Source: a virus (Duplodnaviria; Heunggongvirae; Uroviricota; Caudoviricetes). Taken from it: a stretch of DNA of 45,139 nucleotides. The translations under genes and the position numbers were made by a program. Shown here one piece after another: positions 30,068 through 39,078 of this stretch. The notes under the pieces were generated by a model. That model was not told where the DNA came from. It worked only from the letters and a program-made list of their open reading frames with translations, and made no database searches. The stretch lies in IMG/VR virus record IMGVR_UViG_2713897161_000005, one strand, 5' to 3'. How positions within the stretch are numbered: the first letter of the stretch is position 1; the number at the start of each line of letters is the position of its first letter.

Positions 30068-30567
30068 TGCTGCCCCCACAAACAGACTTCACGCTCAATA
30101 TCACGACGGGTCATCAGCCCTTTCCATTGCTTACCGCCAGCGTATGTCCAGCGACGTAGCTGGTCACATGCGCCTTTGATATCACCCTGGTTTATTTTGC
30201 GAAGAAGCGTCGATGTTCTGAAATTGCCAGCCCCCACGTTGTAGACGAACGAGTAAAGAGCGCCGCGCGTTGTTTCCGGTATATCGACTTTGATGTACGG
30301 GTTAATTTGTCTGGCGACCGTGGCAAGGTCTTTATTCAGGAGAGCTTTGCATTCTGCTTCGGTATACGTTTTACCGAGCATGATGTCTTTTCCTGTATGC
30401 CCGTAACATACAGTCCATACACCAACTATGTCTTTGTAAGGATTATGTCTCACACCTTCCAGACCATCGTTACCACTTGGGCCAGTGATTAACACAGATG
30501 CTATAGCAATAGCCCCGCCACTTATCGCCGCTATTACGCTATTTCGTAGTGCCGGTGACATTGCCAT
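30064..30567 (-). CDS. SAR endolysin (T4 lysozyme-like muramidase with N-terminal signal-anchor-release domain)
   Basis: Gly/Ala-rich weakly hydrophobic N-terminus ([19 protein letters not shown]), then E-x8-D-x5-T catalytic spacing ([17 protein letters not shown]). Confidence 0.75.
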   Translation of the reverse strand: MAMSPALRNSVIAAISGGAIAIASVLITGPSGNDGLEGVRHNPYKDIVGVWTVCYGHTGKDIMLGKTYTEAECKALLNKDLATVARQINPYIKVDIPETTRGALYSFVYNVGAGNFRTSTLLRKINQGDIKGACDQLRRWTYAGGKQWKGLMTRRDIEREVCLWGQQ

Positions 30568-30742
30568 TCAATCTGTCCTCGCGCTCTTTGCGCTTGTAGT
30601 ACCAGTTGATGCCAAATGTGCCGACAGTACAAAGAATACCAATGATGACAGCCCAGTCATTCAGGGAGAGAATGCCACCCATCGCAGTCAGTCCTCCGAA
30701 GCTGTAACTGAACCATTCTCTGATTTTGTCCATACGGTACAT
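30539..30742 (-). CDS. Holin (pinholin-like, dual-start motif)
   Basis: 67 aa with hydrophobic helices; N-terminus M-Y-R-M gives two in-frame starts (30742, 30733) separated by a basic residue; overlaps the endolysin 5' end. Confidence 0.6.
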   Translation of the reverse strand: MYRMDKIREWFSYSFGGLTAMGGILSLNDWAVIIGILCTVGTFGINWYYKRKEREDRLNGNVTGTTK

Positions 30743-31035
30743 GCTCTACCCCTTCATTGAGGGGATTTGCTCTATTTAATTAGGAATAAGGTCGATTACT
30801 GATAGAACAAATCCAGGCTACTGTGTTTAGTAATCAGATTTGTTCGTGACCGATATGCACGGGCAAAACGGCAGGAGGTTGTTAGCGCAACCTCTTGCCA
30901 CCCGCTTTCACGAAGCCAGCCATTGCGCTGGTTTTCTTTTATGCAAAGCACACCGCACCGTAGCCACAGCGGATAAGGTGATTATTTTTGTCTGTCTGGT
31001 ATTTGGTTTGATGTGCTTTCAGAAAGGTCGTGATT

Positions 31036-31071
31036 AAAACGCAAAAAGCCCCGAGCTATTAACTCAGGGCT
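31036..31071 (-). terminator. Intrinsic terminator ~55 nt downstream of the late promoter (tR'-like)
   Basis: Minus-strand RNA AGCCCUGAG-UUAAUAG-CUCGGGGCU (9 bp incl. one G-U) followed by UUUUUGCGUUUU. Confidence 0.55.
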
Positions 31072-31106
31072 TTATTTAACGAGTGCATTTATCCATCGTT
31101 GTGTCA

Positions 31107-31135
31107 AATTTACCCAACTTTATTCAAAAAGTCAA
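31107..31135 (-). promoter_or_regulatory. Late promoter PR' with Q-utilisation region
   Basis: Minus strand TTGACT (31130-35), 17-bp spacer, TAAATT (31107-12); the stretch beginning TTGACT...TAAATTTGAC..AACGATGG resembles lambda PR'/qut from memory. Confidence 0.6.
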
Positions 31136-31177
31136 TATAATGCCGTAAAGATGTTGCCATCCGTGGCAATCATGACG

Positions 31178-31801
31178 CTAACGTGTGACCGCATTCAAAA
31201 TGTTGTCTGCGATTGACTCTTCTTTGTGGCATTGCACCACCAGAGCGTCATACAGTGGCTTAACAGTGCGTGACCAGGTGGGTTGGGTAAGGTTTGGGAT
31301 TAGCATCGTTACAGCGCGATAAGCAGCGCTTGCTGGCATTCTTGAATAGCCGGCGCCTTTGCATCTTCCGCACTCTTTCTCAACAACTCTCCCCCACAGC
31401 TCTGTTTTTGCTATATCAACCGCACGACCTGTACCGTGGCAATCTCTGCATCTTGCGCCCGGCGTCGCGGCACTACGGCAATAATCCGCATAAGCGAATG
31501 TTGCGAGCACTTGCAGTACCTTTGCCTTAGTATTTCCTTCGAGCTTTGCCACACCACGGTATTTCCCCGATACCTTGTGTGCAAATTGCATCAGATAGTT
31601 GATAGCCTTTTGTTTGTCGTTCTGGCTGAGTTCGTGCTTACCACAGAATGCAGCCATGCCGAATCCGGCTTGTGATTGCGCCATCCCCATAGCAGCCATC
31701 ACATCAGTACCGGAAAGAGAGTCAGAAGCCGTAGCCCGTGGTGAGTCGCTCATCATCGGGCTTTTTGGCGAATGAAATTTAGCTACGCTTTCGAGTCTCA
31801 T
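31178..31801 (-). CDS. Q: Late gene antiterminator Q (lambda-type)
   Basis: 207-aa translation (MRLESVAKFHSPKSPMMSDSPRATASD...CGRCKGAGYSR...) is essentially lambda Q by my recollection. Confidence 0.85.
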   Translation of the reverse strand: MRLESVAKFHSPKSPMMSDSPRATASDSLSGTDVMAAMGMAQSQAGFGMAAFCGKHELSQNDKQKAINYLMQFAHKVSGKYRGVAKLEGNTKAKVLQVLATFAYADYCRSAATPGARCRDCHGTGRAVDIAKTELWGRVVEKECGRCKGAGYSRMPASAAYRAVTMLIPNLTQPTWSRTVKPLYDALVVQCHKEESIADNILNAVTR

Positions 31802-31986
31802 CGTCTTCCCCTCTTGCCCTGTTTGACCATCAGGACGCCGTTAACTATTACGTGACGCTCGCCTTTGCTGTCTCGGTTGTACTTGAGCACTGTTCCTCTT
31901 GCGCAGGAAAGCATCCTTGCCACTTCGGTCTGATTGCCTCGTGTATGGATAAGAAGCTCTGGTATCGTTTGAATTGTGGCGTTCAT
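31798..31986 (-). CDS. ninH: NinH-like small DNA-binding protein
   Basis: 62 aa; ...GNQTEVARMLSCARGTVLKY... resembles lambda NinH; directly upstream of Q. Confidence 0.55.
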   Translation of the reverse strand: MNATIQTIPELLIHTRGNQTEVARMLSCARGTVLKYNRDSKGERHVIVNGVLMVKQGKRGRR

Positions 31987-32345
31987 GCGTTCTCCAGTTC
32001 GGTGATTTTTATTCCAAGCCTTCCGCCTGGTACTTTCACACCACGAATTACGCGAATGTCATCGAATTGCTCGTCGTCTTCCGCAAATCCAGCGTGGATA
32101 AGGGAGTCGAGTAAACCTTTCAGGATGTTGTCGAGGTCGCGGCGGCGGGAGTCTGGAACGTCTGCGATGACTTTGATACGGAGTCGTGATTTGGTGAAAA
32201 TGTCTAACTTGAGTTGGCGGATGATTTTCTGAACGTCTTTTCTGTATTTCTGGCCTTTATCGCTAATGTAATATTGGCTTCCTCGTCTTCGCCAGTAGGT
32301 GTTCAGCGACGGCGGGTATGGAAGCACAAACTGATATTCGTTCAT
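31983..32345 (-). CDS. rusA: Holliday junction resolvase RusA
   Basis: 120 aa; MNEYQFVLPYPPSLNTYW...RRRDLDN...GGRLGIKITE matches the RusA pattern. Confidence 0.75.
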   Translation of the reverse strand: MNEYQFVLPYPPSLNTYWRRRGSQYYISDKGQKYRKDVQKIIRQLKLDIFTKSRLRIKVIADVPDSRRRDLDNILKGLLDSLIHAGFAEDDEQFDDIRVIRGVKVPGGRLGIKITELENA

Positions 32346-32632
32346 GACTTAATCTTCCCCTCCTTCAGCAGTATCGCCTGCGTCCTGATTACGCCTTCGA
32401 GGTGGCAAAGTCTGGCGTCTTTGTTGTCGAGGTTATGGGTGCGTCTGTCGATTTCATCGTGACACGCGCTACAAGCCCATGCGCCGATCAGGTCGTCAGG
32501 CTTCATTCCCGTTCCGCAAATTCCAGCCATCCGGTAATGTGCCAGAACTGTAGTTTCAGGATTGCCATTGCATACACCGTAAATACGTACCTGGCATTCT
32601 CTGCCGCGTGCTTCTTTGCGTAGGTTAGCCAT
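32342..32632 (-). CDS. DUF1364 family protein (YbcO-like, Cys-rich putative nuclease)
   Basis: 96 aa; RGRECQVRIYGVCNGNPETTVLAH...CSACHDEIDRR closely matches my recollection of DLP12 YbcO. Confidence 0.65.
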   Translation of the reverse strand: MANLRKEARGRECQVRIYGVCNGNPETTVLAHYRMAGICGTGMKPDDLIGAWACSACHDEIDRRTHNLDNKDARLCHLEGVIRTQAILLKEGKIKS

Positions 32633-32901
32633 TATGGTTCACTCCAGTAATTCTCAATTGCAGCAGCCATTCTCTGCATCCACTCAGCCAGCTTTAACGC
32701 GGCTTCTCTTTCAGAACCACATTTAGGGAAATCCTTCATTTCCATGCTGGCCTTATATGTTCTGAATGCCAGGTCTCCGGTAATAACCAACTCCTGATCA
32801 AGCACCGAGCGTTTATTCCGGTGTTGAACGTAATAGACAGATTCAGTCCGCATTTCTTCTCTGTCTTTTTTGAAGGAAATAAGCTCAGAGAAATCACTCA
32901 T
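32632..32901 (-). CDS. Hypothetical nin-region protein (89 aa)
   Basis: ORF coupled between NinF and the DUF1364 gene. Confidence 0.4.
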   Translation of the reverse strand: MSDFSELISFKKDREEMRTESVYYVQHRNKRSVLDQELVITGDLAFRTYKASMEMKDFPKCGSEREAALKLAEWMQRMAAAIENYWSEP

Positions 32902-33070
32902 CGTCTTCTTCCTCGTACATTGAGCTATTCGGATCGCTCATCAGTTCTGCGCAGCAATCGGAGCACACGTGAACTTCCAGCACATGCAGTTTCTGACCGC
33001 AGTTAGCGCACGTTAAAGCCCGCTCGACGCTTTCTTTCTGGTATTGAAGGGATTGGGATGGGCTAAGCAT
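32894..33070 (-). CDS. ninF: NinF (58 aa, Cys-rich)
   Basis: Uncalled ORF: [58 protein letters not shown]; matches lambda NinF from memory; ATG overlaps the upstream stop. Confidence 0.6.
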   Translation of the reverse strand: MLSPSQSLQYQKESVERALTCANCGQKLHVLEVHVCSDCCAELMSDPNSSMYEEEDDE

Positions 33071-33435
33071 TATTGGATTCTCTGCATCATGAGAAAGACA
33101 ATCATGGCGGCGCGAAGGGGATTTTTATGTATAGCTCGCTTAGATTTACAGTAGGCCACACCACGTGCACCCCACTCGTCTTCATCGAGATTGATAATGC
33201 TAATCCTGTATTTTTCAATAATCGGCCATGAGTCTGCTGGGTTTGCGCATGGGTTAAAGGATCCGCGCTCAACTTCTACTTCAACTGCGTCTCCGTTTAC
33301 AATGTCTCCCTCAAATGAGACAAACACCATATCGCCATTCTCACCTTCTTTGTAATCCGGTGATCCGTTATGAATGGCTTCGAATACCGCCACGTTAATT
33401 TCAAAATCACTTAACTGTGAATAATCCATTGTCAT
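33070..33435 (-). CDS. Hypothetical nin-region protein (~120 aa)
   Basis: Start at ATG 33435 (MTMDYSQ...) or 33429, overlapping the NinE stop; the track's longer version is rejected. Confidence 0.4.
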   Translation of the reverse strand: MTMDYSQLSDFEINVAVFEAIHNGSPDYKEGENGDMVFVSFEGDIVNGDAVEVEVERGSFNPCANPADSWPIIEKYRISIINLDEDEWGARGVAYCKSKRAIHKNPLRAAMIVFLMMQRIQ

Positions 33436-33608
33436 TTCCTCGCACGATGTCTTAGCCACCGGATATCCCACAGGTGAGCCGTGTAGTTGAAGGTTTTTAC
33501 GTCAGATTCTTTTGGGATTGGCTTGCGTTTATTTCTGGAGCGTTTCGTTGGAAGGTATTTGCAGTTTTCGCAGATTATGTCGGTGATACTTCGTCGCTGT
33601 CGCCTCAT
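33432..33608 (-). CDS. ninE: NinE (58 aa)
   Basis: [58 protein letters not shown]; start overlaps the methylase stop (ATGA); matches lambda NinE from memory. Confidence 0.6.
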   Translation of the reverse strand: MRRQRRSITDIICENCKYLPTKRSRNKRKPIPKESDVKTFNYTAHLWDIRWLRHRARK

Positions 33609-34080
33609 GCCGCCCTCCTGACGCCCTGCCCGATCGCCATCAATGCCGCTTTGGATACGGTAGTAAACATCCGTCGAGGACTGATGAACGGTCGCCAAAT
33701 CAGCAGCATGGAGCCTTTGCTGTTCCCCTTCTTCTCCAGCCCTGTCGATGGTTCGATAAAATTAATCCGTCCATCAGTGATGATGCGAACTTCGTCAACA
33801 CTCTCCAGAGCCTTGCTGAACCATCCGACTGACATATCCTCTGGCACAAGCATAACTACCGTCTGTCGCTGTTGTATGCACTGCTCAGCGGCTTTTTCCA
33901 CCCACGGCCTGATATTGCTGTACGGTGGGTTATTCCAGATTGCACCGTGACTTACCCACTCAGAATTGAGCGCGTCGTCGGCCTCAGTTAGCCAGTGAGC
34001 GCACAGAGCATTTTTGTCGCTCGCAGCTGAATCCAGCCAGAATCCAAACTCAATATCCAGTGCATCAAAAAGCCAAAGCG
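33605..34080 (-). CDS. DNA N6-adenine methyltransferase (phage Dam-type), C-terminal fragment
   Basis: Visible C-terminal 158 aa contains the N6-MTase motif NPPY (…[14 protein letters not shown]…); 5' part lost in the N-run. Confidence 0.6.
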
Positions 34081-34720
34081 NNNNNNNNNNNNNNNNNNNN
34101 NNNNNNNNNNNNNNNNNNNNNNNNNNNNNNNNNNNNNNNNNNNNNNNNNNNNNNNNNNNNNNNNNNNNNNNNNNNNNNNNNNNNNNNNNNNNNNNNNNNN
34201 NNNNNNNNNNNNNNNNNNNNNNNNNNNNNNNNNNNNNNNNNNNNNNNNNNNNNNNNNNNNNNNNNNNNNNNNNNNNNNNNNNNNNNNNNNNNNNNNNNNN
34301 NNNNNNNNNNNNNNNNNNNNNNNNNNNNNNNNNNNNNNNNNNNNNNNNNNNNNNNNNNNNNNNNNNNNNNNNNNNNNNNNNNNNNNNNNNNNNNNNNNNN
34401 NNNNNNNNNNNNNNNNNNNNNNNNNNNNNNNNNNNNNNNNNNNNNNNNNNNNNNNNNNNNNNNNNNNNNNNNNNNNNNNNNNNNNNNNNNNNNNNNNNNN
34501 NNNNNNNNNNNNNNNNNNNNNNNNNNNNNNNNNNNNNNNNNNNNNNNNNNNNNNNNNNNNNNNNNNNNNNNNNNNNNNNNNNNNNNNNNNNNNNNNNNNN
34601 NNNNNNNNNNNNNNNNNNNNNNNNNNNNNNNNNNNNNNNNNNNNNNNNNNNNNNNNNNNNNNNNNNNNNNNNNNNNNNNNNNNNNNNNNNNNNNNNNNNN
34701 NNNNNNNNNNNNNNNNNNNN
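34081..34720. other. N-run (640 nt, unresolved or masked) inside the nin region
   Basis: Continuous n characters. Confidence 0.99.
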
Positions 34721-35157
34721 ATCCCTTTTCGTTGTGACCATTCATACTCTCTCCGGGAGTCATCGCTCCACCGCACGTTGCGCTCTGAGCCGAACCAGAA
34801 CATGATTTCGATAAGCTCAGTCATGCTGGCCTTTCGCATTTTGCTGGTACGCACGCCAAGCATGACAACGCCACCGTCGATACCAGGCACACTTCGTTGC
34901 TCTAGTTTTTTGGTCTTAAGCCACAGGGCAGTGAACAGGTCTTTCCAGTCTTCCGGTTCCAGCCGTTGACCATGCCATAGCACCTGACGCGAAACATCGT
35001 TCAGCATCGGCCACATACGGTCATTCTGCGCTTTGCTGCGTTTGGGTTCTCTAACGTGGACTTCGTGAGGTGACTTGTCGTCGATGGGAAGTGAGAGTAT
35101 TGCGTCTATGGCGTTGTTTCTGATTTCTTCGTTGCGAAGCATGTATATTTGCTTCAT
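34721..35157 (-). CDS. ninB: NinB recombination protein (3' end runs into the N-run)
   Basis: 145 visible aa (MKQIYMLRNEEIRNNAIDAI...DVSRQVLWHGQRLEPEDWK...) match the lambda NinB pattern. Confidence 0.7.
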
Positions 35158-35159
35158 CG

Positions 35160-35444
35160 TTACTCCTTCACTTTGATTCCAGCGGCGCGGATGGATTCAT
35201 CGATATCGTCACGGTCGTACACAGCAATAGCATCACTGACAAACCATACAGGCAACTCAATTTCAATAGCTGCTCGCGATGCCTGCCACGTTTGCCAGTG
35301 GCCTTGAACATCGTCCATCACGTATTGACCACCAATATCACCACTGCCAATTTCATGGTGATTTTCAGGATAACGGATAAGTTCTGATGATTCGCCTCCA
35401 CGTCGCAACCAACTTTCTTCAAACTGCTTTCTTGATTCGTCCAT
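35160..35444 (-). CDS. Hypothetical protein (94 aa)
   Basis: ORF coupled upstream of ninB. Confidence 0.4.
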   Translation of the reverse strand: MDESRKQFEESWLRRGGESSELIRYPENHHEIGSGDIGGQYVMDDVQGHWQTWQASRAAIEIELPVWFVSDAIAVYDRDDIDESIRAAGIKVKE

Positions 35445-35461
35445 CGATACTTACCCTCAGT

Positions 35462-35668
35462 TCAACTCACAAAACGCCACGCCATTTTTGCTACAGCGAC
35501 AGGCATAACACCGATAATCACCCACAGGAAAATGCTACCGAAAAGCACACCCACCAGGTCTTTACCTTCGCCTACCAACCGGACAAAACAGCCAGCAACC
35601 ACAATGAACGTCGCCACCATCCACAGAGCACCGAGAAGCCTCAATGCAGAGAAAATCAACTCAACCAC
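35462..35668 (-). CDS. Small membrane protein (68 aa, two predicted TM helices)
   Basis: Hydrophobic ORF; GTG start with GGGGAGAG upstream. Confidence 0.4.
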   Translation of the reverse strand: MVELIFSALRLLGALWMVATFIVVAGCFVRLVGEGKDLVGVLFGSIFLWVIIGVMPVAVAKMAWRFVS

Positions 35669-35683
35669 GATTTACTCTCCCCC

Positions 35684-35715
35684 AAATAAAAAGGCCTGCG
35701 ATTACCAGCAGGCCT
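35684..35715 (-). terminator. Candidate intrinsic terminator downstream of the primase-helicase gene
   Basis: Perfect 8-bp stem AGGCCUGC/GCAGGCCU with 8-nt loop, followed by UUUUAUUU on the minus strand; overlaps a possible 27-aa ORF. Confidence 0.4.
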
Positions 35716-35744
35716 GTTATTAGCTCAGTGATGTAGATGGTCAT

Positions 35745-37625
35745 TTAATACTCCGTCACGTTTTCCTGTCGCCACGCCTCGTCATATTCCGATTTCGGCA
35801 TATTGGCGATGTAGCTATATGGAGATCCTGATTCAAGTTGCAGGAACTGGTGCGATTGCTCGTCAAGGAACAACGGGACACCACCTTCCCAACCTTCGCC
35901 GTTACGTTGTTTTTCGAGCATTAAAACAGATGCCGGAGATGCCAGTAGCTGTTCGTCCTTCTCTGACATCTTTTCACCACTCTGAACTCTCTGTAACGCT
36001 CTCTCGCGAGCCTTGTTACGCCAGATGATGAAAAGGTTGTCTGTCAGGTCTGTTATCGCTCCAGAGCCTTTTACGTCCATTTTCCCGGTTGGTTTTTCTT
36101 CGCTGTCTCCTTTTCGCGAGTGAGTAACGAGAATGACGTGGGAGTTTGTTTTGTTTTTGAAGTCACAAATCGAGTCAACAAATGCTTTCTGCCCGTTATA
36201 GTCATCGTCGCCTATGCCACATTTCATCAGGCTGTCGATGATGAATAACTGGATCCCGTATCGGCGGCGAGCGTAGTCGAATATTTCGATCAGCCTGTCG
36301 GCTTTCGCCGTTCCGGTCAGGCCAAACACCCAAAGTCTTTCGTCATAAAATTTAAATGCAGAGTCAATTTCCAGCACTGGCGGCATCTTGCAGCACGTCG
36401 CCTGACGGGTAAGGCGCTTAAGGAGAATACCAGGCTTCAGCTCAAGTGACGCGATGCACGTCTTCACACCCTGACGCATTGCCTCAAGTGCCATATGCCC
36501 GACAACCTCCGTTTTTCCGTGACCGTTCACACCATTGACCAGCGTCAACTCTGCCTCACGGAACTGGAATTTATCTGCCAGAGATTCCCACGGTGGATTA
36601 AACAGATACTGCTGCTTGCCGTAGAAAGCGTTGATAGTGTCCTGGTAAAACTCTCGCGCGCTGTAGAGTTCTTCAGGATCGAAGTAGGATGCCGTGCCGA
36701 TGTACTGCCAGATTTCATCCTCGGTAACACCGTTCATCAGGCATTCGTTGATGTCCTTGTACGGCAGAGTAACAAGACGGCAACGATGTTCACCGAGTCG
36801 GCTTGCGATTTCCCTTGCGGCTTCACGACCAACATCATCAACGTCCATCGAGATGAATATTTCCTCAAACCTGTCGAGGTTGTGATACTCAAACTCAATC
36901 CACTGTTGCTTAGCGCCTTTCCCGCCACCAAACGGCACGGATAACGCCGAGATGCCGTATTGCGCATAGCTCATACAATCAATTTCGCCTTCGCAAAGTA
37001 CAACCGCCCTCACGCCAGCGTCCAGAGCCTGCCATCCGAACAGACAAGGTTCGCAATCACCTTCTGCCATAATGACTTTCTTCCCGTCCGGGCGCTCAGT
37101 GCTGATTCGCTTGACCTGCAACAACTCACCATCGCGTTTGTACGGAATCACCAGAGCATCCAGTTCTCGCTCTCCATTCCACACCTTGCCGCTGACAACC
37201 TCGTAGCGCTTTACGATTTCTGGAGATATGCCACGCGATTGCAGGTACTCAAGATGGGATTCTGTTCTGGTAACGTAGCGGGCGATTTTCTTGCGGTCAG
37301 GTCTGGAGAATTTCTTCTCACGTCTGGCATCGAAATGGTGATCGTCATCCTTGATACCGAGAAATGCTTTCGCTTCCTGCATAGCCTGATGCAGGTTAAT
37401 CCCACGACATGCCATCCACAAATCAAGCATGTCACCGCCGTCTCCCTCAGCGAAATCAGCCCATTTTTTCTTGCCGCTAAGGTTGACCTTAAGGCTGTTT
37501 CCCTTGTCACCGTTGACGTTACCGGCAACCCACTCATGCCCCTCTTTTTTGCCGTTTGGCAACAGGTGCGGAGCCACCCTGTCAACCTGCGACCAAAGCA
37601 GGTCGCTGAGTTCACTTGGCGTCAT
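35745..37625 (-). CDS. Replicative primase-helicase (Toprim-like N-terminal half, DnaB-like ATPase C-terminal half)
   Basis: 626 aa; Walker A GVNGHGKT in the C-terminal half; occupies the lambda P position downstream of O. Confidence 0.65.
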   Translation of the reverse strand: MTPSELSDLLWSQVDRVAPHLLPNGKKEGHEWVAGNVNGDKGNSLKVNLSGKKKWADFAEGDGGDMLDLWMACRGINLHQAMQEAKAFLGIKDDDHHFDARREKKFSRPDRKKIARYVTRTESHLEYLQSRGISPEIVKRYEVVSGKVWNGERELDALVIPYKRDGELLQVKRISTERPDGKKVIMAEGDCEPCLFGWQALDAGVRAVVLCEGEIDCMSYAQYGISALSVPFGGGKGAKQQWIEFEYHNLDRFEEIFISMDVDDVGREAAREIASRLGEHRCRLVTLPYKDINECLMNGVTEDEIWQYIGTASYFDPEELYSAREFYQDTINAFYGKQQYLFNPPWESLADKFQFREAELTLVNGVNGHGKTEVVGHMALEAMRQGVKTCIASLELKPGILLKRLTRQATCCKMPPVLEIDSAFKFYDERLWVFGLTGTAKADRLIEIFDYARRRYGIQLFIIDSLMKCGIGDDDYNGQKAFVDSICDFKNKTNSHVILVTHSRKGDSEEKPTGKMDVKGSGAITDLTDNLFIIWRNKARERALQRVQSGEKMSEKDEQLLASPASVLMLEKQRNGEGWEGGVPLFLDEQSHQFLQLESGSPYSYIANMPKSEYDEAWRQENVTEY

Positions 37626-37729
37626 GATTCCCTCAGATTGAGATTTTTAAACCAGAAATCGACAAACGAAATACTTAACCAGCCGTGGTTATAACCAGCG
37701 ACCAGTAGCGATTTGATTTTTGATTTCAT
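37622..37729 (-). CDS. Small ORF (35 aa) translationally coupled between O and the helicase
   Basis: Uncalled: MKSKIKSLLVAGYNHGWLSISFVDFWFKNLNLRES; AGGTGA RBS; stop overlaps helicase ATG (ATGA); starts 3 nt after the O stop. Confidence 0.3.
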   Translation of the reverse strand: MKSKIKSLLVAGYNHGWLSISFVDFWFKNLNLRES

Positions 37730-37732
37730 GGT

Positions 37733-38593
37733 TCACCTGTCGAAAAACACGTAGCCAGTTTTCGATACGGTGATTGCGGATGATGGTTTGGATTGTGGTT
37801 GAATAGTTTCTGGCTTCTCGTCGTTCCAGCGTTGACCGTTCAGGTAGCTCGATGGTAACAACCTGTCGAATCCGAACTGCTTACCATTCCTGCATGCGAT
37901 GTCTTCTGCCAGCATCGTGGCAAATTCGCTTGCCGTACCCCTGGTAGTTTTACGCCATTCCCTGAACTGTGTTCTGAATGCCGAAGCCGCGTTTTTCTTC
38001 CCGGCTTTCCGCATGCCTGCACACCAGAATATTTCCTCGAATGCCTTGTCGGTTTCTTCGTGACGGTCAGATGATTTTTCACACTCCGTCCGAACACTTT
38101 CGGACATAGTGTTTTTATTATTTCTTTTTTCTTTTGTAATAGTTTCTTTTGTGTGTCCCTGTTTTGGTGACAGCGCTGTCACCGTTTTGGTGACACTTTT
38201 TGTCACCAATGCAGTGACATTATCACCAGAGTAGTGACACCCTTCGATTTGCCATTCCTCGATGTTCTTGTTAGGCCCGATTTGCTGGCCTTCGCGAAGG
38301 ATAACCTTCATCGCGATAAGCTCATTCTTGGCCTTGTTTACCTTCTGTCTTGGCAGCCTGGTAATTTGAGCTAACTGACTATCAGAGATGCGGTCCATCT
38401 TTTTACCGTAGCCGTATGTTTTACGGCATATGGCGTGGGCAACCTTGCTCTGATTTTTCGTTAAATCTGCGCCGATAAGCTCTTCATACAGGGCATTTGC
38501 AAGACGGGTATAACCATCTTCAACTTCTGCCACACGACGCTCCACAGGCCGTTGTGAAGGCCTTAAATGTGTTACGGTTGCAAGATTACTCAT
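37733..38593 (-). CDS. O: Replication initiator O
   Basis: 286 aa; N-terminal ...[49 protein letters not shown]... matches lambda O; iterons inside the gene. Confidence 0.75.
   Translation of the reverse strand: MSNLATVTHLRPSQRPVERRVAEVEDGYTRLANALYEELIGADLTKNQSKVAHAICRKTYGYGKKMDRISDSQLAQITRLPRQKVNKAKNELIAMKVILREGQQIGPNKNIEEWQIEGCHYSGDNVTALVTKSVTKTVTALSPKQGHTKETITKEKRNNKNTMSESVRTECEKSSDRHEETDKAFEEIFWCAGMRKAGKKNAASAFRTQFREWRKTTRGTASEFATMLAEDIACRNGKQFGFDRLLPSSYLNGQRWNDEKPETIQPQSKPSSAITVSKTGYVFFDR
38111..38242. repeat. Replication origin: iteron array with adjacent A/T-rich stretch, inside O
   Basis: Dyad repeats GGTGACAGCGCTGTCACC (38166-83), GGTGACActttttGTCACC (38189-207), AGTGACAttaTCACC (38213-27), AGTGACACC (38233-42); A/T-rich 38111-38151. 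Confidence 0.6.
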
Positions 38594-38732
38594 GACCTTT
38601 CTCCTTCTGCATCAGCTTCACTTTTTCCAACTCAGCCCGGAATCGACCAGGCTGCTTGAAGCTGGACAAGAAGCGATCACGTAGTATGTGTTTGTGAATT
38701 TTGTCCTGGTAAGGACTGAGTTGTTTTGTCAT
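38586..38732 (-). CDS. Small ORF (48 aa) between cII and O
   Basis: Uncalled: [48 protein letters not shown]; AGGAG RBS 5 nt upstream; 3' end overlaps the O start. Confidence 0.35.
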   Translation of the reverse strand: MTKQLSPYQDKIHKHILRDRFLSSFKQPGRFRAELEKVKLMQKEKGHE

Positions 38733-38766
38733 AATGACTCCTGTGGATTGATCCAGTCTTTCTACA

Positions 38767-39045
38767 TCAGGCCTCGAAGAATTCGCCGTTCTTCGGGGCT
38801 TTTTCTTTTGTCAGCATTCTGGCTACTTTCTTAGCCAGTTCCGCCAACTCCTCGTCTTCAACACCCCACTCAAGAACAGCCAGAAGCATTCCCATTTTGG
38901 GGATGAAGCTGTCTTTCCATCGCGAAATTTGCGATTCATTAATCCCTAACGCGTCGGCAACCTTTCGCTGACCACGTACAGCAATTCGATTCAGGATGTT
39001 GCTTGTAATTGCATTCGCTTTCTTGCGAGTACTTGTAAGTTCCAT
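38767..39045 (-). CDS. cII: Transcriptional activator CII
   Basis: 92 aa from ATG 39045: ...[34 protein letters not shown]... matches lambda CII; the track's longer start would include nutR. Confidence 0.75.
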   Translation of the reverse strand: MELTSTRKKANAITSNILNRIAVRGQRKVADALGINESQISRWKDSFIPKMGMLLAVLEWGVEDEELAELAKKVARMLTKEKAPKNGEFFEA

Positions 39046-39078
39046 ATGTAAGTATTTCCTTAACAAATAAGAAGTTAT

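Noticed and set aside
33432-33698. 88-aa ORF overlapping the methyltransferase 3' end
   Set aside because: Only the distal 58 codons from ATG 33608 (NinE) are plausible; the upstream part is an out-of-frame overlap with the methylase.
33605-35157. Long ORFs 33605-34741(-), 33988-35157(-), 34014-34805(+), 34060-34737(+), 34065-34763(-) crossing the third N-run
   Set aside because: Artefacts. They were split into the NinB fragment (34721-35157) and the methyltransferase C-terminal fragment (33605-34080); the plus-strand versions are antisense noise.
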